DNA from: Obrimoposthia wandeli
Lineage: Eukaryota
Direction: 5' to 3'
Assembly: GCA_977020255.1 (NCBI GenBank)
Contig: CDROCS010001564.1
Span: 1 to 64,000 of the forward strand
DNA: 64,000 nt
Both the position numbers and the translations under genes were made by a program. The stretch's first letter is position 1; each line of letters starts with the position of its first letter. Below, in pieces: positions 52,986-64,000 of this stretch. The notes beneath the pieces are model-generated. The model had not been told where the DNA came from and made no database searches. It was given only the letters and a program-made list of their open reading frames with translations.

Positions 52986-53043
52986 CATCTTTTATGTTAG
53001 AATACCCAACTCTTTAAATCGACAGATCCAAACTCGGCAAATT

Positions 53044-53673
53044 ATGGCTAACTACTCTTCTGCAATCTCCTCTGGCGCGACCCAAATGGGTGTTTCTTTA
53101 AGCGACCAGCAACTTGAACTCTTGGTGGAATACCTAGAATTGTTCATCAAGTGGAATAAAGCTTATAACTTGTCAGCGATTCGCGATCCTGAGCAAATGA
53201 TTCCGCTGCACTTATTAGATAGCCTTATTGTGAATTCATACATTCAGGCTGTGGATAACATTATCGATGTGGGTACAGGCCCTGGTTTACCAGGCATAGT
53301 GCTCGCGATTATGAACCCTGAGAAGAAGTTCACGCTACTGGATAGTAACGGTAAAAAGACACGCTTCTTGTTCCAAGCAAAACTGGCTTTAAAGCTGGAT
53401 AACGTCACCATTATCAATGAGCGCGTAGAAGCCTATCAACCTGAGCAAGGTTTCGATATGATCGTATCCCGTGCTTTTGCTTCAATCACCGACATGACTT
53501 ACTGGTGCACGCACTTGTTAGCGGAAAAAGGCATTTTCTTAGCGATGAAGGGTCAATACCCAACGGAAGAATTTGCCGCGGTAGCGGATAAATATGAGCT
53601 AATTGAAAGCCACGAATTAAACGTTCCTGGAGTAGACGGTGAACGTCACCTTTTAGCCTTTAAACCAAAATAA
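53044..53673 (+). CDS. rsmG: 16S rRNA m7G527 methyltransferase (GidB)
   Basis: KWNKAYNLSAIRD, HLLDSL, IDVGTGPGLPG, LLDSNGKK, SRAFA. Confidence 0.97.
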   Translation: MANYSSAISSGATQMGVSLSDQQLELLVEYLELFIKWNKAYNLSAIRDPEQMIPLHLLDSLIVNSYIQAVDNIIDVGTGPGLPGIVLAIMNPEKKFTLLDSNGKKTRFLFQAKLALKLDNVTIINERVEAYQPEQGFDMIVSRAFASITDMTYWCTHLLAEKGIFLAMKGQYPTEEFAAVADKYELIESHELNVPGVDGERHLLAFKPK

Positions 53674-53712
53674 TTTTAAAATCCCTTATTGTCTGGGCTG
53701 CAGGATAGCGAA

Positions 53713-54531
53713 ATGAGTAAAATTTTAGTCGTTGCCAATCAAAAAGGTGGTGTGGGTAAAACCACCACTGCAGTTAACCTATCTGCTTCTCTTGCCGCTA
53801 CCAAGCGCAAAGTATTGATGGTCGACCTTGATCCGCAAGGTAATGCGACGATGGGCAGTGGTATTGATAAGCACGAGCTAGAACTGTCGTTATATGATGT
53901 ATTAACCGGCAAGTGCAATATTGCTGATGCGATCATTACTGCCGAAAATGCAGGCTTTGATGTCGTGCCGACCAATTCAGATTTAACCGCAGCTGAAGTT
54001 GAGCTGATGAATCTTCCTGAGCGAGAAACACGTCTTCGCTTCGCTTTAGAAGAAGTCAGTGCTAACTACGATTACATTATTATTGATTGTCCGCCTTCGC
54101 TAAGTATGCTGACAGTTAATGCAATGGTTGCATCTCAAGGTGTGTTAATTCCAATGCAGTGTGAGTATTACGCACTGGAAGGTTTGTCTGCATTAATGCA
54201 AACCATTGAAAAAATTAAGTCGAGCCTCAATCCTGAATTGGAAATCGAAGGTATTCTGCGCACTATGTATGACCCGCGTAATAGTTTGACGACCGATGTG
54301 TCAACTCAGCTGATCGCGCATTTTGGCGACAAAGTTTATAGCACGGTTATCCCACGAAACGTTCGTTTGGCAGAAGCTCCAAGTTATGGATTACCGGCTT
54401 TGGCTTATGATAAAAATTCTCGTGGGGCGATGGCTTATTTAGCGCTAGCGGGTGAAATGAATCGTCGCACTAAAAGCAAAAAATCAGTAACGAAAAAAAC
54501 CGCTAACAAAAAAGTCACCAGCAAAGCATAA
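53713..54531 (+). CDS. parA: Chromosome partitioning ATPase ParA (Soj)
   Basis: ANQKGGVGKTTT, DLDPQGNAT, IDCPP, PRNVRLAEAPS. Confidence 0.96.
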   Translation: MSKILVVANQKGGVGKTTTAVNLSASLAATKRKVLMVDLDPQGNATMGSGIDKHELELSLYDVLTGKCNIADAIITAENAGFDVVPTNSDLTAAEVELMNLPERETRLRFALEEVSANYDYIIIDCPPSLSMLTVNAMVASQGVLIPMQCEYYALEGLSALMQTIEKIKSSLNPELEIEGILRTMYDPRNSLTTDVSTQLIAHFGDKVYSTVIPRNVRLAEAPSYGLPALAYDKNSRGAMAYLALAGEMNRRTKSKKSVTKKTANKKVTSKA

Positions 54532-54599
54532 GACTTGTTAGTACGATAATAATTTGAAAATCTAGAATTTGAATATTCTAGTAATGTTTGGATATCATC

Positions 54600-55517
54600 A
54601 TGTCAAAGAAACGTGGCCTCGGACGTGGCCTCGATGCATTATTAGGTGATGCATTAGCTCAAAATAAATCGGCAATGGATGCCGCAGATACTACGGAAGT
54701 GAGTATTCAGCCCAATAGTGCTGAGACTGACAAAAATAGTGGTGGCATTAAACATTTACCCGTTGAGTTCATTCAGCCAGGGCAATACCAGCCGCGTAAA
54801 GATATGCATCAAGAAGCGTTAGAAGAACTTGCTGCGTCTATCAAGGCTCAAGGTTTAATGCAGCCTATCGTTATTCGCCCAATAGTAGGCAAAGATGATC
54901 GCTACGAAATTATTGCCGGTGAGCGTCGCTGGCGTGCAACTCAGATTGCGGGTCTTGATACTGTTCCTGTAATAATCAAAGATGTGCCAGACGATGCCGC
55001 GATAGCGATGGCGTTGATTGAGAACATTCAGCGTGAAAACCTAAATTCTATGGAAGAAGCGCAAGCGCTCCATCGTTTACAGCAAGAATTTGAGCTGACT
55101 CAGCAAGAAGTCGGCGATGCGGTAGGTAAGTCTCGGGCGACGGTTGCTAATTTATTACGCTTAATGCAGCTTAATGATGATGTAAAAATCATGTTAGAGC
55201 GTGGCGATATTGAAATGGGACATGCTAAAGCGCTATTAGGTTTACAAGAACTGAAGCAAAGTGAAGCGGCTCGTCATGTTGTTGCAAAAGATATGACAGT
55301 CCGTCAGACCGAAGCTTATGTACGTAACCTACAAGATGAAGTGAAGCCTAAAGAAAAAGCCCGTCCTAACCCTGATATTCAACGATTAGAGCGCACATTA
55401 GGTGAACGATTGGGCGCTAATGTTGCAATTCAACACTCTGCTAAAGGCAAGGGAAAGCTAGTGATTAACTACACTAGTTTGGATGAATTAGACGGAATTC
55501 TTGCTCATATTAAATAG
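54600..55517 (+). CDS. parB: Chromosome partitioning protein ParB (Spo0J)
   Basis: KKRGLGRGLDALL, QPRK, IIAGERRWRA, ENIQRENLN, HTH. Confidence 0.96.
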   Translation: MSKKRGLGRGLDALLGDALAQNKSAMDAADTTEVSIQPNSAETDKNSGGIKHLPVEFIQPGQYQPRKDMHQEALEELAASIKAQGLMQPIVIRPIVGKDDRYEIIAGERRWRATQIAGLDTVPVIIKDVPDDAAIAMALIENIQRENLNSMEEAQALHRLQQEFELTQQEVGDAVGKSRATVANLLRLMQLNDDVKIMLERGDIEMGHAKALLGLQELKQSEAARHVVAKDMTVRQTEAYVRNLQDEVKPKEKARPNPDIQRLERTLGERLGANVAIQHSAKGKGKLVINYTSLDELDGILAHIK

Positions 55518-55587
55518 GTTTAATATTGGGTAAACCATTTTCGGTATGATTATCAACAATTAAATCAACCTAAAGACCAGCTTTAGG

Positions 55588-55616
55588 TTGAAGATTGTGA
55601 CGTAAATCAATATAAT
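55588..55616 (+). promoter_or_regulatory. Sigma70 promoter of the atp operon
   Basis: TTGAAG-17 nt-TATAAT, 37 nt before atpI. Confidence 0.7.
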
Positions 55617-55653
55617 CCATGCGCCTAAAATGTAGGCGAAAGAGGGGTCTTCC

Positions 55654-56022
55654 GTGACATCGATAGCTAGACCTCCGGTTTATCGCATTGCCATAATGCA
55701 GTTCGCTTTGAGCATAATTATTGCGTTATTCGCCTTGATACATAGCTTTGAAGCGGGTTATTCAGCCTTGTTAGGTGGTTTAACTTGTGCAGTACCTAGC
55801 GGGTACTTCATTTGGCGGGCGTTTAAATACAGCGGTGCTCGATCTGTTGATCAGGTTGTGCAATCGTTTTATCAAGGGCAGTCGTGGAAATTTGTTCTCA
55901 CCGCAATGAGTTTTGCAGTGATATTTTCACGAGTAGATCCCTTGAATCCCTGGGCATTGTTTGGGGCGTTCATCACAGTGCAGTTTAGTCATGTGATGGC
56001 AGCAAGAATTGCGAAGTTGTGA
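55654..56022 (+). CDS. atpI: ATP synthase protein I
   Basis: Small 4-TM protein, SALLGG...VPSGYF, SFYQGQSWKF; first gene of the atp operon. Confidence 0.88.
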   Translation: MTSIARPPVYRIAIMQFALSIIIALFALIHSFEAGYSALLGGLTCAVPSGYFIWRAFKYSGARSVDQVVQSFYQGQSWKFVLTAMSFAVIFSRVDPLNPWALFGAFITVQFSHVMAARIAKL

Positions 56023-56088
56023 TGAGTTCATTCTAAGAATGAATTGATCAGAGCTTTTAACACTTTTTTAAACTTAAAATGAGAGTGA

Positions 56089-56991
<903 letters not shown>

Positions 56992-57022
56992 TTTTTTAAC
57001 CTTTTTACTCACTAACGTTTAA

Positions 57023-57268
<246 letters not shown>

Positions 57269-57294
57269 TTCATTTTATATAAGAGGGCTCTGGC

Positions 57295-57765
57295 ATGAAC
57301 ATTAATGCAACTTTGATCGGCCAGATCATAACTTTCGCAATCTTCGTGGCGTTTTGCATGAAGTTTGTTTGGCCTCACCTTTTGGGTGCTATGGCTGAAC
57401 GCGAAAAGAAAATTGCTGATGGCCTAGATGCCGCTAATCGCGCTACTCGTGACTTGGAACTTGCTCAACAAAAAGCAGGCGAACAGTTACGTGAAAGCAA
57501 AGAGAAAGCTGCAGAAATCATTGAGCAAGCTAACAAGCGCGCTAACCAAATTATCGATGAAGCGAAAGACGCTGCTCGTGAAGAAGGTTCTCGTTTGGCA
57601 GCTGCTGCTCAAGCTGAAATTGAGCAAGATGTGAATCGTGCTAAAGAAGGATTGCGTAAACAGGTTTCTGCTCTTGCAGTGGCTGGCGCATCTAAAATCT
57701 TAGCAAAATCAGTTGATGAATCAGTTCATAGCGAATTGCTTGATCAGTTGGCTAACGAGCTTTAA
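57295..57765 (+). CDS. atpF: ATP synthase F0 subunit b
   Basis: [18 protein letters not shown], coiled coil. Confidence 0.97.
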   Translation: MNINATLIGQIITFAIFVAFCMKFVWPHLLGAMAEREKKIADGLDAANRATRDLELAQQKAGEQLRESKEKAAEIIEQANKRANQIIDEAKDAAREEGSRLAAAAQAEIEQDVNRAKEGLRKQVSALAVAGASKILAKSVDESVHSELLDQLANEL

Positions 57766-57776
57766 GCGAGGAAGCC

Positions 57777-58313
57777 ATGGCTGAATTAACCACTCTTGCG
57801 CGGCCTTATGCCAAAGCAGCTTTTGCTGAAGCAGTAGAGCAGAATGCTCTAGTACAGTGGTCTGACATGTTATCGATTGCGACTCAGTTCGCAGCCGATG
57901 ACATGTTAGCGAAAGTACTAGTACATCCGTCTCTTACTGCTGAGCAACAAGCTACGGCATTAACCGACTTGTGCGGTGACAAGTTAAATCAGGCAGGAAA
58001 AAATTTCCTGATGATTCTAGGCGAAAATAAACGTCTAACTTTGTTACCACAAATTGTTGAAGCCTTTGAAGAATTAAAAGCAGCACAGGAACACGCTATT
58101 GACGTGACTGTAACCTCTGCTTTTGAACTAACAGACGCACAACAAGAAACATTGTCTCTAGCACTGAAAAATAAATTACAGTGCGACGTACGTTTAACAG
58201 GCGAGGTTGACCATTCTTTGGTTGGCGGCGCTATTATTCGTGCTGGAGACTTAGTCATCGACGGATCTGTTCGCGGTAAGCTAGCTAAGCTAGCCGAAGC
58301 AATGGACACCTAG
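57777..58313 (+). CDS. atpH: ATP synthase F1 delta
   Basis: TTLARPYAKAAF, GGAIIRAGDLVIDGSVRGKL. Confidence 0.97.
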   Translation: MAELTTLARPYAKAAFAEAVEQNALVQWSDMLSIATQFAADDMLAKVLVHPSLTAEQQATALTDLCGDKLNQAGKNFLMILGENKRLTLLPQIVEAFEELKAAQEHAIDVTVTSAFELTDAQQETLSLALKNKLQCDVRLTGEVDHSLVGGAIIRAGDLVIDGSVRGKLAKLAEAMDT

Positions 58314-58330
58314 TTGAGGGATGAATTAGC

Positions 58331-59869
58331 ATGCAGCAACTGAATCCATCTGAGATCAGCGAAATCATTAAGAAGCGCATCGATAATCTTGATGTTACTT
58401 CTCAAGCCCAGAATGAGGGCACCGTTGTATCAGTATTCGACGGTATCGTTCGTATCCATGGTCTTGCCGACGTAATGTACGGTGAGATGATTGAATTTGA
58501 AGGCGGTAAATACGGTCTTGCGCTTAACTTAGAGCGTGACTCTGTAGGCGCAGTAGTTCTTGGCGATTACAAGACTATCGCTGAAGGCCAAACCGCTAAA
58601 TGTACCGGCCGTATTCTTGAAGTACCAGTAGGCGAAGCTTTGCTTGGTCGCGTTGTAGACGCACTTGGTACTCCAATTGACGGTAAAGGTCCTCTTAACG
58701 CGGAAAAGACTGCTCCTGTTGAACGTGTTGCACCTGGTGTAATTTCACGTCAAGGCGTAGATCAACCGCTTGAGACTGGTTATAAATCTGTAGATTCCAT
58801 GGTGCCTGTTGGCCGTGGTCAGCGCGAGCTGATCATTGGTGACCGTCAGACTGGTAAATCTTCAATGGCTATCGACGCCATTATTAACCAGAAAGGCACC
58901 GGCGTTAAATGTGTATACGTTGCTATCGGCCAGAAGCAATCTTCTATTGCGAACGTTGTTCGTAAGTTAGAAGAGCATGGCGCGATGGAACACACAATTA
59001 TCGTAGCCGCAGGCGCGTCAGATCCAGCATCTATGTTGTATCTTTCTCCGTACTCTGGTTGTGCAATGGGTGAATATTTCCTCGATAAAGGCGAAGACGC
59101 CTTGATCGTATATGATGATTTAACCAAGCAAGCTTGGGCATATCGTCAGATCTCCCTATTGTTGAAACGTCCTCCGGGCCGTGAAGCATACCCTGGTGAT
59201 GTTTTCTACCTTCACTCTCGTCTATTGGAACGCGCTTGTCGTGTAAACCCAATCTACGTTGAGAGAGAAAGTGGCGTGAAAGGTCAGACTGGTTCTTTAA
59301 CCGCTCTTCCTATCATCGAAACTCAGGGCGGAGATGTTTCTGCTTTCGTACCGACTAACGTAATTTCGATTACTGATGGTCAGATCTTCCTTGAAACTAG
59401 CCTATTCAATGCCGGCGTACGTCCAGCAATGAACGCAGGTATTTCGGTTTCTCGTGTTGGTGGTGCAGCGCAAACAAAAATTATTAAGAAGTTAGGCGGT
59501 GGTATTCGTCTTGCTTTGGCTCAGTACCGTGAACTAGCAGCATTTGCTCAGTTTGCTTCTGACCTTGACGATGCTACTCGTGCTCAACTTGAGTTCGGTC
59601 AGCGCGTTACAGAGTTAATGAAGCAGAAGCAATATGCACCTATGTCTACTGGTGAAATGGGTCTGTCGATTTTTGCTGCTAACGAAGGCTTCCTAGACGA
59701 CGTTGAAGTATCCAAAATTGGTGATTTCGAAGCCGCATTGCTTTCTTACGCTAACAGCGAATTCGCTGAATTAATGGCGCAGATCAATGTTAAAGGCGAC
59801 TACAGCAAAGATATTGCTGCTGGTCTTAAAGAGTTGGTTGAGAAATTCAAAGCCACTCAAGCCTGGTAA
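58331..59869 (+). CDS. atpA: ATP synthase F1 alpha
   Basis: [29 protein letters not shown]. Confidence 0.98.
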   Translation: MQQLNPSEISEIIKKRIDNLDVTSQAQNEGTVVSVFDGIVRIHGLADVMYGEMIEFEGGKYGLALNLERDSVGAVVLGDYKTIAEGQTAKCTGRILEVPVGEALLGRVVDALGTPIDGKGPLNAEKTAPVERVAPGVISRQGVDQPLETGYKSVDSMVPVGRGQRELIIGDRQTGKSSMAIDAIINQKGTGVKCVYVAIGQKQSSIANVVRKLEEHGAMEHTIIVAAGASDPASMLYLSPYSGCAMGEYFLDKGEDALIVYDDLTKQAWAYRQISLLLKRPPGREAYPGDVFYLHSRLLERACRVNPIYVERESGVKGQTGSLTALPIIETQGGDVSAFVPTNVISITDGQIFLETSLFNAGVRPAMNAGISVSRVGGAAQTKIIKKLGGGIRLALAQYRELAAFAQFASDLDDATRAQLEFGQRVTELMKQKQYAPMSTGEMGLSIFAANEGFLDDVEVSKIGDFEAALLSYANSEFAELMAQINVKGDYSKDIAAGLKELVEKFKATQAW

Positions 59870-59895
59870 ATCGAGCTTAACAGTTATGTGAGCTG

Positions 59896-59917
59896 AAGCC
59901 GGGTTTCGACTCGGCTT
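59896..59917 (+). other. Intercistronic stem-loop between atpA and atpG
   Basis: AAGCCGGGT-TTCG-ACTCGGCTT, 9-bp stem with one G-U pair. Confidence 0.7.
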
Positions 59918-59945
59918 TAAATTCAACGTTAATGAGGCAGCTTTT

Positions 59946-60806
59946 ATGGCAGTCGGCAAAGAGATTAAAGAGCAAATTTCGAGTGTACAAAGTACGCAGA
60001 AAATTACCTCAGCAATGGAAAAAGTTGCTGTAAGTAAGATGCGTCGTGCTCAGGCTCGTATGGCCCATGGTCGTCCATACGCGGATCGTATCCGTGTTGT
60101 GATTGGTCACTTGGCTAATGCAAACTCTGAGTATCGTCATCGTTATTTGCAAGACCGCGAAGTTAAGCGTGTTGGCTATATCGTGGTGTCTTCCGACCGA
60201 GGCCTTTGTGGTGGCTTGAACAACAATGCGTTCAAACACCTCGTAAAAGATGTTAAAGCTTGGCAAGAAAAAGGCGTAGAAGCGAGCTTCTGTGCTGTTG
60301 GCTCTAAAGCCATCAATTTCTTCAATAGCTTTGGCGGCAATGTTCTAGCATCAACAAGCCATTTAGGCGATGCACCAGAACTGGCTAGCCTTATCGGTTC
60401 GGTAAAGGCCATGTTAGACGCTTTCGATGCAGGTGATATCGATCGTTTATACATAGTGCGCAACCGTTTCGTGAACACCATGACACAAGCACCTGAAGTG
60501 GCACAATTGTTACCACTACAGGCTCAATCAGACGAAGAACTGAAAGGTCATTGGGATTACATCTACGAACCTGATGCAAAAGAGATTTTAGAAGGTCTTT
60601 TATTGCGCTACGTAGAATCTCAAGTGTACCAAGGCGTCGTTGAAAACAATGCATGTGAACAAGCCGCTCGTATGTTTGCGATGAAAAACGCAACAGACAA
60701 TGCTGGTGACATCATTGATGATTTGAACATGCTTTATAACAAAGCACGTCAATCAGCGATTACCCAAGAAATTTCAGAAATCGTCAGCGGTGCTGCAGCG
60801 GTATAA
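59946..60806 (+). CDS. atpG: ATP synthase F1 gamma
   Basis: [38 protein letters not shown]. Confidence 0.98.
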   Translation: MAVGKEIKEQISSVQSTQKITSAMEKVAVSKMRRAQARMAHGRPYADRIRVVIGHLANANSEYRHRYLQDREVKRVGYIVVSSDRGLCGGLNNNAFKHLVKDVKAWQEKGVEASFCAVGSKAINFFNSFGGNVLASTSHLGDAPELASLIGSVKAMLDAFDAGDIDRLYIVRNRFVNTMTQAPEVAQLLPLQAQSDEELKGHWDYIYEPDAKEILEGLLLRYVESQVYQGVVENNACEQAARMFAMKNATDNAGDIIDDLNMLYNKARQSAITQEISEIVSGAAAV

Positions 60807-60829
60807 CGCTGAGCAACGCAGGCTTATAA

Positions 60830-62242
<1,413 letters not shown>

Positions 62243-62259
62243 TCAAAGAGGCGAATACT

Positions 62260-62688
62260 ATGACCATGATATCTGTCCATTGTGACATAGTCAGCGCAGA
62301 GGAAAGCATTTTCTCTGGGTTGGTAGAAATGGTAGTAGCAGCCGGTGAGTTGGGTGACCTGGGTATTTCCCGTGGTCACGCTGCTTTGCTTACTGCATTG
62401 AAGCCAGGTCCGGTTCGCATCATCAAACAAGGTGGTGAGGAAGAAGTGATCTACGTTTCAGGCGGTTATTTAGAAGTTCAGCCAAACAATATATCTGTTT
62501 TGGCTGATACCGCCTTGCGTGCTACAGACCTCGATGAGGCTGCAGCATTAGAAGCACAGCAACATGCTCAGAAAGCGTTAGAAAATCAGAGTGCAGACTT
62601 TGACTACTCTCGTGCTATGACCCAGTTGGCAGAAGCCGCAGCTCAGTTGCGTACTATCCAGCAGATTCGTAGTAAGTTGAGCAGATAA
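62260..62688 (+). CDS. atpC: ATP synthase F1 epsilon
   Basis: [34 protein letters not shown]. Confidence 0.97.
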   Translation: MTMISVHCDIVSAEESIFSGLVEMVVAAGELGDLGISRGHAALLTALKPGPVRIIKQGGEEEVIYVSGGYLEVQPNNISVLADTALRATDLDEAAALEAQQHAQKALENQSADFDYSRAMTQLAEAAAQLRTIQQIRSKLSR

Positions 62689-62716
62689 TCTAGTTTAACT
62701 AGTGATCTTGCTTCAT

Positions 62717-62753
62717 AAAAAACCGGACTCCAGTAATGGGGTTCGGTTTTTTT
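62717..62753 (+). terminator. atp operon terminator
   Basis: AAAAAACCGGACTCCA-GTAA-TGGGGTTCGGTTTTTTT. Confidence 0.85.
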
Positions 62754-62955
62754 ATGTCTTTAAGAAATGCAAGCTTAGAAGTAAATGCTAATGAACTTTG
62801 CATCTATCAAGTGTAATAATTCAGTGTTAAGTTGATACAAATTAACCTGCGTATGAAAAAAGCTAAGATTTCGAATCTTATACATTATGAATAATGTAAG
62901 GGTGTGATTACTTTAATAAACATGTATTTTTCAGTTTTATAATAATGCCTATTTC

Positions 62956-63414
62956 ATGCGGGAGGTATATATCGAAATGGTGATGATATGGGTTATATCT
63001 GCTATACCAATGGTTATTGTTAATGCTCTTTTAATCATGCAGTTAATAGGATTTTCACTTACTGGTGACTTTCATACTCAGATTGAAATTATTTGGGTAC
63101 TGTATTTATTCTTAATTATTTATGCCGTCATTCAGCATCGCTCTATATATAGATTATTGATGAATAGAAAATCTTCTAAACCGCGACTAATACCGGAGTA
63201 CTTTTATTACATACGGCATAACATTTCATTAGTATGGAATAGAAAGTTTAATTTACTTGAAACAGTTTGGAGGTACTTATTTTTTGTCTACTTTAATGTT
63301 CTATTGTTTTGGTTACTAGATTTTAAAGTAATTTCTTTAGCGGCTCTTATCTTGGTTTATATTCCAGTAGTACTAAAATCATACGCTCTGTTTTTAGTAA
63401 CAAGGAAGAAATAG
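62956..63414 (+). CDS. Hypothetical membrane protein (AT-rich)
   Basis: 152-aa ORF with about four hydrophobic segments; no recognised motif. Confidence 0.5.
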   Translation: MREVYIEMVMIWVISAIPMVIVNALLIMQLIGFSLTGDFHTQIEIIWVLYLFLIIYAVIQHRSIYRLLMNRKSSKPRLIPEYFYYIRHNISLVWNRKFNLLETVWRYLFFVYFNVLLFWLLDFKVISLAALILVYIPVVLKSYALFLVTRKK

Positions 63415-63992
63415 TGTATTACGTATTATATTTTGTTGTGATCATCACTACATTATGGAATGAAGTTTTGAATGATCCACCGACATATTATCACTTTCAA
63501 AGTAGATTGATAAAAATAGACTCTGTTGAATTATTAATCTCAATAGATAGTTATATCCTTGGTATTAAATATGCTTCTCGGAAGATTGAAATCTCTGAAG
63601 GTTTCGAAAATAAACTCTCAAATGGTTTACTAAGGCTGTCACAGTTGAAAAGTGATAAATATGAATATTTAGATAGTGATTTATCGGTAATAGAAGAAAA
63701 TGTAAACTTTGATTTGTTGCTGAATATCGAAAATAGTTACCCAGAATATAAATTAAATGCAGACGTTAAAAATATTAAACCGGACTTTAGTGAAAGTTTA
63801 AACGTTTCTATTCGATATTTTGATAAAGAAGAATCAATTTTTGATAAGCATCTAGTTGCTCCTCATTACCCTGACTATTTTTGTAGAAGAGATGATTTTG
63901 GGAAGTTTAATGATTTCATTTTCTCCTGCACGCTCGAAAAAGGCCTTTTTCTTTCGGGGTATGAAACAATATTACGAAAGTTTTATGAGTAG
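63414..63992 (+). CDS. Hypothetical protein with N-terminal hydrophobic anchor (AT-rich)
   Basis: 192-aa ORF, GTG start overlapping the upstream TAG; no recognised motif. Confidence 0.5.
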   Translation: MYYVLYFVVIITTLWNEVLNDPPTYYHFQSRLIKIDSVELLISIDSYILGIKYASRKIEISEGFENKLSNGLLRLSQLKSDKYEYLDSDLSVIEENVNFDLLLNIENSYPEYKLNADVKNIKPDFSESLNVSIRYFDKEESIFDKHLVAPHYPDYFCRRDDFGKFNDFIFSCTLEKGLFLSGYETILRKFYE

Positions 63993-64000
63993 TTGTTTTG

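Overview
Replication-origin region of a marine-type gammaproteobacterial chromosome. The gene order is Pseudomonas-like on a moderately AT-rich background, so an Oceanospirillales-like organism is inferred. Core blocks: tsaP-like LysM gene / def-fmt-rsmB-trkA-trkH, glyQS, gmhB, gyrB-recF-dnaN-dnaA, rpmH-rnpA-yidD-yidC-mnmE, mnmG-rsmG-parA-parB, and the complete atpIBEFHAGDC operon. Between gmhB and gyrB lies about 24 kb of accessory DNA: a 1092-aa Ig-like surface lipoprotein, an Sfp-type PPTase, a rearranged aryl-polyene-like type II PKS cluster (about 17.5 kb) carrying an MIO ammonia-lyase with an F-H selectivity motif, and a cytochrome c'. Non-coding and overlaid signals: two perfect parS sites inside recF; DnaA-box clusters at dnaA-rpmH and upstream of mnmG, plus further perfect boxes inside coding sequence out to 53.3 kb; a 186-bp inverted-repeat element between maa and rsmG; a palindrome over the -35 of the atp promoter; and a decayed AT-rich locus between glyS and gmhB. 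No rRNA, tRNA, CRISPR array or transposase was recognised.
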